This document shows, in pieces, positions 12,911 through 21,918 of a stretch of DNA of 64,000 nt. The DNA comes from Rhizophagus irregularis (lineage: Eukaryota), in assembly GCF_026210795.1 (NCBI RefSeq), contig NC_089435.1:3038001-3102000 (forward strand), in the 5' to 3' direction. Under the pieces are notes generated by a model. That model was not told the DNA's origin and did no database searches. It saw only the letters and a list, made by a program, of their open reading frames with translations. The position numbers and the translations under genes are program-made. Numbering within the stretch: position 1 is the first letter of the stretch; each line of letters begins with the position of its first letter.

Positions 12911-15900
12911 CACATCAAGCAAGAAGTGCCCAACACAGACAAGTCACCCGATCAGTTCTAGCTGAACTCAAGCAGGTACCTGTCAAGTCCATCCCATATC
13001 CCCGCTCAAATGCAAAATTGCAGGAATATGAGGATGAGATCCGCCAAATCCATGAAGCACAAGCGGCGGTAACCAATGAAGAGATAACCCGCATGATGCA
13101 AATTGATCCAGACCCACATTATGAGGTAGTCTTTGAACGTCGTGATCAGGTACGTATAGGAAAGGAGTTAACAGACTCAAACTTTACGGCTGATATTGCT
13201 ATAGGAACACCTGGAGAGCATGACTATGCTTCATTTCTTACAGCACACAGTCAAACAATCCAGAATATTCTTCAGGATGAAAGAAATCGATTGGGATCAA
13301 TAAAAGTAAGAATTGGAATATTTGCCACAATAAGACGTTTAGATTCTTACCTTGAGGGATTATTCGGAGATGGTAACTTTAGTGAAGATGATGGAGTAGA
13401 GTATATCTACAGATATAACATACCATTTAAAACTCGCAATATGCCAATCCTACCATCAACAGATATTAATGGTACATTTAACTTTGCATTAGCAAGAATC
13501 ATGCAGAAAGTAGAAGACTATGTAAATTACGGATCAGGTTGGGAATTCTATCGTGTAGAAAAAATATTTATAGAAATCTCGCAATTCCAACCACCCACAG
13601 GAGCAGGACATATACCACTCCCAAAAGATCTTGCCACGAAAAAGGGAGTAGTAAATCCAGCTAATGATGATGACAAATGCTTCCAGTGGGCAATCCTAGC
13701 AGCATTACATCCAGTAGAAAAGAACGCAGAAAGAATTTCCAAGTATAAGGAGTATGTAAATGAGTTAAACTTTGAAGGTATCGAATTTCCAGTACAAGCT
13801 GATGAGGTAATTCTAAGAAGATTTGAGCGACAGAATCCAACTATTGCCCTCTGCATCTGTGAATGGCGTGACCACCGCCTATGCCCAATATATGTTACTG
13901 ATAGGGATGATGCAGAGGGCCGTAAAATAATAGATTTAGTACTTATCAGTAACGGGGAAAAGCAGCACTATTGCTGGATTAAGAATATGAGCCGTTTAGT
14001 AAATAAACGTACAAAAGATGGACATGCAACATTTGTCTGCCGATGGTGTATCTCCCACTTCACACATCAACAAGAAATCCATGACAAACATGTAGCAATA
14101 TGTCGAGGATTAAAGAAAACCCCACAAGCAGACCGAATGCCATCAGTAAAGAAAGGAAATGATATATATGAATTCAAGAACTGGAAACGCCGCATGCAAG
14201 TCCCATATTACTTTGTTGCAGACTTTGAAGCCCTAGTAATGGACATACCACCCACAGATGAAGACAAAGATAAGAAAACCAAGAAAGTACAAGAGCAAAT
14301 CCCCTGCTCATACTCGTATATTAAGGTAAGATATGATGGTGTAAGTGAATCACAGAAGATATTTACAGGAGAAAATGCAGCACAAAAATTTGTAATCGAA
14401 ATGCTAAATGAGGCTAAAGCAATCCGTAATGAATTCAGAAACCCAATGGAAATGATGCCGTTAACAACCCAAGAGCAAGCAAGTTATGATAATGCAATAA
14501 ACTGCTGGATATGTCGTAACCCCTTAGATGGAAATAAAGTAAGAGACCACTGCCATATTACAGGAAGGTATCGAGGTGCAGCACATAGAGGATGTAATCT
14601 TGACTTATCCATAAAACCTCGTGAAATGCATATCCCAGTAATCTTTCACAATTTATCAGGATATGATGGACACATAATTATGCAAGGAATTGGTGCAATG
14701 GAATGTGAGGATGATATTGATCCTATCCCTTATAACATGGAAAAGTATATGGCATTCAAGTTAGGTTCCCTCCGATTTATAGACAGCTTACAATTCATGA
14801 AATCAAGTCTCGACAAATTAGCATCCAATCTAGGTGCAGAAAAATGTAGAGCACAAGAATGTAGTAATCCACAACACTTATGGCGAATTGATGCAGGTAG
14901 ATGCTTTGCACATCCCGAAAACTTTAAGATAACACGAAGTCAAATATCACCTGAATTACTCGAGATTTATCTTAAGAAAGGTGTCTACCCGTATGAATAC
15001 ATGGATGACTGGAAAAAGTTCGAGAAAACTAGTTTACCACCTAAAGGAGCATTTTATAGCAAACTTAATGAAACCCACATTAGTGATAAAGAATATGAAT
15101 ATGCACAGTATGTATGGGAAAAAGCAGGATGTAAAACAATGCAAGATTATCATGACATTTATCTCAAAACTGACGTCCTCCTACTAGCCGATATATTTCA
15201 GAATTTCCGAGAAATGGCCTTGAAAAAATATGGGTTAGATCCTCTCTGGTATTATTCAACACCAGGCTTCGCATGGGATGCACTATTCTTAATGACAGGG
15301 CAAAGATTGGATCTTATAACTGACCAGGACATGTACATGATGGTAGAACAAGGATTACGTGGTGGAATCTCTATGGTAAGTAAACGATATGCTCGTGCAA
15401 ATAATCCAGGTATGGGAGAAGGTAAATGGACCGCAGATAAGCCCAAGTCATCTATTCTATACTTAGACGCAAATAACCTATATGGATGGGCCATGTTGCA
15501 ATACTTACCTACAGGTAACTTCCACTGGATAAAGGAGGAAAACGAGTTATCTAACATTCAAAGGCAAATAGAAAGTAATGAAATACCAGACAATTCTTCT
15601 GAAGGATATATCCTTAAAGTTAAACTGGAGTACCCTCAAGTCCTCCATTCACAACACACAGATTACCCCCTTGCACCAGAACGAATGAAGGTTAAGAAGG
15701 AATGGCTTAGTAAAAAGCAGCAGGAAATAATAGCACGCTCAGGACAACGATACACACCCACAGATAAGCTCATCCCTAACCTATTTGATAAGGATGAATA
15801 TGTAGTTCATTATAGAAATCTCCAGTATTATGTTAGCCAGGGCTTAGTAATCAAGAAGGTCTATGAAGCTATAAAATTCGAGCAGGCTCCATGGATGAAA

Positions 15901-16801
15901 CCATATATAGAATTTAACACCGCCGAACGTGCTAAGGCTAAGAATGATTTTGAGAAGGACTTCTATAAACTCATGAATAATAGTGTATTTGGTAAAACTA
16001 TGGAAAATCTCAGGAAACGTGTACGTGTCTCAGTAGTACAACCCCAAACCCATCCCAAGAAATATAAAAAGCTTACCTCAGATCCTGCATTCAAGAGTCG
16101 TAAAATATTCTCAGAAAATCTTGTTGCAATCCACCGACGAAAAGTGGAGGTAATGCTTAACCGTCCAACATATGTGGGTATGAGTGTGCTTGACCTCTCG
16201 AAGCTCTGTATGTATCAATTCTACTATGATACTCTTAAAGTACGATATGGTGAAAAAAATCCAGTTATGTTATACAGACACAGACTCACTTCTTGTACAA
16301 ATCCAAACTGAGGATATCAATGCAGACCTCATAGATATGGCAGACCAATTTGACTTCAGTGATTATCCTAAAGATCATCCTGTACGAAAAGCATTAGGTG
16401 ATAAGACTGACATAAATATGAAAATCCCAGGGAAATTTAAGGATGAATGTAATGGAGCAGTTATAGCAGAATTTATTGGCCTCCGTCCCAAAATGTACTC
16501 CATTCTCAAGGTAGGGGATGAGACCACCAATCCAAAACATGGTATCCGTAAAGCTAAAGGTGTCCCCTCAAAGGTAGTTAAAAAAGAGTTCCACCATGAG
16601 CGGTATAATAAGGCACTCTTTGATCCTAAACATAATGATACAGTCACCTTTAGAGCAATCCGATCTGATAGACATGCCATAAATGTTATAGAAATGTCGA
16701 AGGTGGGGTTATCCCCTATGGATGATAAAAAATGGATTGCACAAGATAATATCACAATGTATGCACATGGAGATTATAGGATACCACAACTTGAAAATTA
16801 A
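12904..16801 (+). CDS. Protein-primed family B DNA polymerase (Polinton type), split by one frameshift at A7 16253-16259
   Basis: GSGW; OTU-like 'DDKCFQWAILAALHP...QHYCWI'; exonuclease 'VADFEA', 'FHNLSGYDGH' and 'YLKTDV'; 'KGVYPYEY'; polymerase motifs 'LDANNLYG' and 'KLMNNSVFGKT'. 'YTDTDS' lies in the +1 ORF 16184-16801. Confidence 0.95.
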
Positions 16802-17856
16802 TATAATATATGAGTAGGAGGCAGCATAGTATCAGATGGCACAACTAATAATTCTTCTCGAGTAAATATTTTTTTAGGTCCATCAGATAACCTATATATA
16901 ACCGGCTGCCCATCAACAACTGTGGAAGATTCAATTGTATAAACTTTAGTAGACCATATTGGATCAGTTGCACGTCTCCTACCTTGGTAATCTGAGTTAT
17001 CAAGTAAGTATCTCACAAGAGAACCAGCTGGTAAACGTATTTCTTCTGCACCTACAGGTCTATCCTTCCGAATTTTTGAAGGTAGTGCATACACTTGATC
17101 TTTCTGGATTGCCTCAACTGGAGACATACCTAGCAGACGAGTATTAGAATTATTTAGCTCATTCACAATATCAGAAAGGTTCTTAACCCAGGCAGTATTC
17201 ACATCTTCTGTAAGGAGTTCCTTTGCATCCTGTATTTTGAAAAGTCTCTCTGCTAAAGTTCGATTATACCGTTCAACAATAGCCTGACTCTTATGAGTAG
17301 TACCCACCCGAATACGCACACCTTTTTCATCCATTAATCGGATAACTTCATCCTTAAATTCTGATCCCCCATCTACTTGTAAAACTCTTGGCCAAATAAG
17401 CGGGCAGTCTGCTTTACCATAGATCTTTTTAAATGCCTTAGCAACACGTGCAGAGCTGCGATCTTCTAAAGGTACTGAAGCTTTATATCGGCTAGCAACA
17501 TCTACAATATTCAGACAGTATTTATACAGCTTTCTATCTACAGTATCATAGGGCATATATAAGATATCTGCTTGATGATACATATTTGGTCGAGTAATCT
17601 TATTAAAAGAAACCTGTGGAACATACTTGGGTATAGGTGAGTGTATTTGCCATATAGCCTGTTTATGCAACCACTCTGTAATATCAGATATGTTAAAATC
17701 ATGGCCTTCAGCTTGCACTTTAGCCCAAAGTTTTTCAGGAGTACGATAATATCCACATGGATGGTAATAGATTTGTTGAAGGATATAATTTTGTTCGATT
17801 TGTTTATTAAATGTAGGGTCTATAAAAATCTGTGGAACTGGCAATGGAAGATACAT
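16798..17856 (-). CDS. Retroviral-like (rve) DDE integrase, Polinton type
   Basis: 'QADILYM' (D), 'LQVDGGSEF' (D), 'AIVERYNRTL' (E). Polinton-like N-terminus 'LQQIYYHP' and C-terminal 'WSTKVYTI...YRL...FTREELL'. First ATG at 17856. Confidence 0.93.
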   Translation of the reverse strand: MYLPLPVPQIFIDPTFNKQIEQNYILQQIYYHPCGYYRTPEKLWAKVQAEGHDFNISDITEWLHKQAIWQIHSPIPKYVPQVSFNKITRPNMYHQADILYMPYDTVDRKLYKYCLNIVDVASRYKASVPLEDRSSARVAKAFKKIYGKADCPLIWPRVLQVDGGSEFKDEVIRLMDEKGVRIRVGTTHKSQAIVERYNRTLAERLFKIQDAKELLTEDVNTAWVKNLSDIVNELNNSNTRLLGMSPVEAIQKDQVYALPSKIRKDRPVGAEEIRLPAGSLVRYLLDNSDYQGRRRATDPIWSTKVYTIESSTVVDGQPVIYRLSDGPKKIFTREELLVVPSDTMLPPTHILY

Positions 17857-20180
17857 CGTTAAAGACACAGATTACAAAGCTTGCACATACATTGCAATCA
17901 CAAGAGCAATATATAAAATACCTGTATGGTGTAATCGAGGGTCATGAATCTGAGATAGAAGAACTTAGGCAAAAAAATGCTGAGTTGCGTGCAAAGCTTA
18001 AGAAAGCATTAGAAACGGCATCACTAAAGGAGGAAGGGCTTCAAGCATTAGAACGTCAGCTGATTGAAGTTGATACTCTAAATATTCAACTTAAAGATCG
18101 AATAAAAGAACTTGCTAATAGACAACGGAAAAACATGGCAGCAATTCCTCCTGACCCTATTACAGAAATCTTAAATAATCGGACAACTATAGCAAATAGT
18201 GTAGCTGGTATTCGTATTCACCTTGATCGTACAACTATAGCAGCACACCCTCATATAAATCATTTATTTAACACTGCAAATGATAGTCTTGATGCCATTA
18301 TCCGATATGCTAATGAGTTGCGAAATATTATAGAAGATCAAGATAATATGGAGGATAGACTTGAAGGTTTGTTAGATGATGCACATAACCGTGAAGAATA
18401 TCTTAGACATGAACTTAATAATACACGTGCTACTATACTGAGAACAAGACGTACCTATGAGGATGCATATGCAAATGAAGTGCGTCATCGCCAACATTGG
18501 GAAGTCCTTGCACAAAATACTCAGATCCAATTGGCTAACATCCAGGCTCAATATGCTAACAGTCAAATTCAACTAGCTAATGTCCAGAGAGAACGTGATG
18601 AGAGTAGAAGAAATGCTCATAGATTATTACAGCGCTATAATACTGAAACAGAACGAAGTAGAAGGCGGGCTAATGGTATCATTCAGCAAGCTCGAGCATG
18701 GAGAGGGCAATTTTTAAACTGTCGTAATCATGGTCAAAATTTGCAAAATCAGGTCAATAATTTGAATCAACAGATTCTAGCATTACAAAATAACCCTCCG
18801 GTAATACAACAACCGATAATGGCAGGATATGCACCTAAAAAATTTAGAGGAGCATCTGGTGAAGATCCAGAACTTTGGCTTCAAGAATTCAGGCAATGGT
18901 GTGAGTCTGCTGGACTTGATCCTGCTGCTAATGCTAGAACTCGTGTTAGGATTCATGGGGTCTTTGAGACTTTACTTGAAGATGATGCTAGAGATTGGTA
19001 TGAAACACATATCAAAGGAAAAAATTGGGAATGTGTAAATCTTCTGGATAATACTGGTGTGGCCAATCTTGCTGCTTTTAATGCTTTGAATAATGGCGCT
19101 ATACAGGCTGTAGCGGCGAATCAATTTCGTGGAGGGGCTAATGTATTACATGGACAAGCAGCTGCAGTTAATACTATTACTGGTGCTAATTTTATACCTG
19201 ATCATACTGTATGGGATGAAGATTGGTCAATAGTCGAGGGTCGTCCTACTGATATAGCTGTTAATAATCCTAATGCTAATAATGGAGGTACAATTGTGGC
19301 TCCTGGAATACGTATTGGACAATTAATATATCGTTTTAAGCATTACTTCCCTACTATAACATCTGAAAAGTCTAAGCTTGCATTTAATGCTATTGTTCAG
19401 GGTAGTGATACTGTAAGCCGATTCTATTCTAAATTACGAAGAATGGTTAGACTTGCATATCCAACTCTTCCAGAGGTAAATCAGAATGAATTAGTACGGC
19501 AACAGTTCTTAAATGGTCTTTCCAGTGAAAATAAGTTGGATGCGCGACGTATTGGTTTAGAAAATTCAGTTGCATCTATTCTGAATAAATTGGAAGAAGT
19601 TGAGAAATACAGGACAGATATGCCACCTACTCCTATAGTTACATATCAGGGTCCAACTTTAGCGGATATTGAGAATCTTATAAATTCTAAAATTCCTATG
19701 ACTACGGCTAGATCATCTGCAGTACCAGTACCATCTTCTAGTCCATTTTCAAGTCCTCAAAATGATACATCATTTCAGAGATTACTTGCTTTAGCATATA
19801 AATTAGGTCTTCCAAGAGATATCGATATAAGTAAAGTAACCCTTAGTGATCTTGAAATATTTATTGATACAGAACTTAATAAAAATTTACCATCTGACCA
19901 TATTTACCGTGGTAATCAGGTATTTGGTATAAGTTCAGGTACACGCAAACCAAAGAAATCAAAGAAATGCTCAAGTTGTGGAAAATCTGGTCATACTAAG
20001 AGTTCCTGTCCAAAATCTAAGAAGGGAAAGAGGAAAACAAATTATGCACATGACTCCTCTGATTCCTCTAACTCTTCTGATGCCTCTGACTCCTCTGACT
20101 CCTTTGATAGTGATTCAGACTCTGGACATGCCTGCTATGGATTAAAAAAAAAAGCCTACAGAAAGGAAACGTGTAGATAA
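17844..20180 (+). CDS. Gag-like protein: long N-terminal coiled coil, Ty3/gypsy-like capsid domain and CCHC zinc knuckle
   Basis: 'PKKFRGASGEDPELWLQEF', 'LLEDDARDWY', MHR-like 'IVQGSDTVSRFYSKLRRM', 'RQQFLNGLS', and the knuckle 'CSSCGKSGHTKSSC' (CX2CX4HX4C, 19968-20009). Confidence 0.85.
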   Translation: MEDTSLKTQITKLAHTLQSQEQYIKYLYGVIEGHESEIEELRQKNAELRAKLKKALETASLKEEGLQALERQLIEVDTLNIQLKDRIKELANRQRKNMAAIPPDPITEILNNRTTIANSVAGIRIHLDRTTIAAHPHINHLFNTANDSLDAIIRYANELRNIIEDQDNMEDRLEGLLDDAHNREEYLRHELNNTRATILRTRRTYEDAYANEVRHRQHWEVLAQNTQIQLANIQAQYANSQIQLANVQRERDESRRNAHRLLQRYNTETERSRRRANGIIQQARAWRGQFLNCRNHGQNLQNQVNNLNQQILALQNNPPVIQQPIMAGYAPKKFRGASGEDPELWLQEFRQWCESAGLDPAANARTRVRIHGVFETLLEDDARDWYETHIKGKNWECVNLLDNTGVANLAAFNALNNGAIQAVAANQFRGGANVLHGQAAAVNTITGANFIPDHTVWDEDWSIVEGRPTDIAVNNPNANNGGTIVAPGIRIGQLIYRFKHYFPTITSEKSKLAFNAIVQGSDTVSRFYSKLRRMVRLAYPTLPEVNQNELVRQQFLNGLSSENKLDARRIGLENSVASILNKLEEVEKYRTDMPPTPIVTYQGPTLADIENLINSKIPMTTARSSAVPVPSSSPFSSPQNDTSFQRLLALAYKLGLPRDIDISKVTLSDLEIFIDTELNKNLPSDHIYRGNQVFGISSGTRKPKKSKKCSSCGKSGHTKSSCPKSKKGKRKTNYAHDSSDSSNSSDASDSSDSFDSDSDSGHACYGLKKKAYRKETCR

Positions 20181-21054
20181 AAAGCCTACTGATAAGAAAA
20201 AATCACAACTTGAAAGGCAGCGTATTATCTTTGAGGTTTTTATACAACTCTTAAAGCTTCTGGTTCAATCTTTCGTTAATGCTGTACCAAAAGAGACTGT
20301 TATATCTGCTTACAATGCTCTGAATGCTGAATTCATTAATTATAAAGAACCAGTACTCAGTCAGCTTAAAGGAGAACCCTCGATAAAAACACGTGAAAAA
20401 GTTTGGGATAATGTTAAGGACCTTTTCACATCTATCCTTCATCCTATGATTTCGGTTGTAACTAATAGTATGGCTGCAAATTTAATCCGTAAAAATGATG
20501 ATGTTATATGTAATAATGACTTATGGTCTTCTATAGCAGGTATTGGAATTGTTAATCGCAAGTCTGCTAGTGATGTAGTCACTATTAAGACCAAAGTAGT
20601 CGCACCTGAGAGTGAAAAATCTTTAGTTATTCCTACGACAATTTTCGATACTGGTTCTGATAGTTCTCTGATATCTAACAATATTGTAAAGCGCCTAAAT
20701 CTTGACGTTGATAGAAGTAATGCTCCTGACCTTAGTGGTGTTGCAACAAAATCTGATACTATTGGGACAGTATATGGTCTTGGTATTCTTGTATATGATG
20801 GGGAGAACTCTAAAAAAATTGAAGATGACTTCATGGTTGTTAAGAGTGATAAGGACTTTTTATTGCTAGGTGTACCTTGGATTGATCGTGCTAATGTCAT
20901 TCTAGATTTCCAAAATCGGCAACTGACCATTCCTCTATCATCACGTAAAAAAATTACCATTCCAATTTCTCTACATAAACGGAAAACTAACGTGATTTCC
21001 TTGCAGATGGATACTATCGACTTAAAAAAAATTCACACTCTCGAGGAAGATTAA
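20146..21054 (+). CDS. Retropepsin-like aspartic protease; its frame opens at the A10 tract overlapping the gag 3' end
   Basis: 'TIFDTGSDSSLIS' (D at 20647) and 'LLLGVPWI'. The frame is open without stops from 20146, right after TAA 20143-20145, well upstream of the ATG at 20446. Confidence 0.85.
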   Translation, partial: KKKPTERKRVDKKPTDKKKSQLERQRIIFEVFIQLLKLLVQSFVNAVPKETVISAYNALNAEFINYKEPVLSQLKGEPSIKTREKVWDNVKDLFTSILHPMISVVTNSMAANLIRKNDDVICNNDLWSSIAGIGIVNRKSASDVVTIKTKVVAPESEKSLVIPTTIFDTGSDSSLISNNIVKRLNLDVDRSNAPDLSGVATKSDTIGTVYGLGILVYDGENSKKIEDDFMVVKSDKDFLLLGVPWIDRANVILDFQNRQLTIPLSSRKKITIPISLHKRKTNVISLQMDTIDLKKIHTLEED

Positions 21055-21173
21055 CCTGTCATCTATGTGGAGCAAGTTTTGACTTTCCCTCTAAGTTAAA
21101 GCGTCATCTTGCTAGGAAAAATCCATGTGTTTCCCAAACTTCTGCGGCAATGATGGGCAGTGGCGGGCAGTGA
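21021..21173 (+). CDS. Short zinc-finger frame (not in the ORF track), -1 relative to the protease
   Basis: Reads LKKNSHSRGRLTCHLCGASFDFPSKLKRHLARKNPCVSQTSAAMMGSGGQ*. There is no ATG between the upstream stop (20988) and the finger. An A_AAA_AAA heptamer lies at 21024-21030. Confidence 0.6.
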   Translation, partial: LKKNSHSRGRLTCHLCGASFDFPSKLKRHLARKNPCVSQTSAAMMGSGGQ

Positions 21174-21285
21174 CAGGGCAGTGCCCAAATTTTTTCAGCA
21201 GTGACGGGCAGTAACAGGGTAGTGCCCAAATTTTTTCGGCAGTGACGGGCAGTAACAGAGCAGTGCCCAAATTTTTTGGCGGTGA
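21157..21285. repeat. 41-bp GC-rich tandem repeat, 3 copies, between convergent genes
   Basis: Unit approximately gcagtgacgggcagtaacagggtagtgcccaaattttttcg. Confidence 0.85.
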
Positions 21286-21301
21286 TTAGCCTTTACAAAT
21301 A

Positions 21302-21814
21302 TTACATTTGCCATGTTACTCTGATTTCTAGGTCTTTACGGGTTTCTATGAGTTTTTCAATGGCATTTCTATTTTTAAAATATCGACTACATCTGATATC
21401 TAGCTTTTGAAGGTTTGGTAATATATGCAGGATTTCACTTAGCAAATCTCTAACGTCACCTTTTCCACCATAGTATTGATAATCTATTATGCTAAGTTCC
21501 TGAATATTGGGACAAGCTTGTAGCATTTTTACAATACAAATGGGCCATAATTTTACCCCATCCATATTAAGCTTTCTGATATATTTTCCACATACTGTTC
21601 CTGGTTTTGTAAGATGTTTATACATTTGGAACTCCTTCACATTATAGCGGTTATAAAGGTCTACTTCACCCCATAGGAGAGAGTTTGCTACTACAGCCCA
21701 TTTTCGACACACTAATGCATAATTGCAAAGATAATGCCAACGGGAGTAAGTACCTTCATATGAAGTTTTGAATATCTTTTCTAAAAGTTCAAAAGATAAG
21801 CTATTGTTTGTCAT
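21302..21814 (-). CDS. F-box/LRR-like protein carried by the element
   Basis: F-box 'LSFELLEKIF...LCNYALVCRKWAVVANSLLW', followed by LRR-like 'IRKLNM', 'CPNIQELSI' and 'LPNLQKLDI'. Confidence 0.8.
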   Translation of the reverse strand: MTNNSLSFELLEKIFKTSYEGTYSRWHYLCNYALVCRKWAVVANSLLWGEVDLYNRYNVKEFQMYKHLTKPGTVCGKYIRKLNMDGVKLWPICIVKMLQACPNIQELSIIDYQYYGGKGDVRDLLSEILHILPNLQKLDIRCSRYFKNRNAIEKLIETRKDLEIRVTWQM

Positions 21815-21918
21815 GGTATCTCATATGAGATATTGATGGTGAAGTTTTATTTAATTAGATTTTTTCTTAGGATAAAATAATTTGAACATTTCTTTTCTAT
21901 CAATAGAAAAAACCAAAC

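Noticed and set aside
17844..21173. Nested Ty3/gypsy LTR retrotransposon inserted in the Polinton
   Set aside because: I see no LTRs, TSD, RT or RNase H. The adjacent integrase is on the opposite strand and is Polinton-type. An old, deleted insertion cannot be fully excluded.
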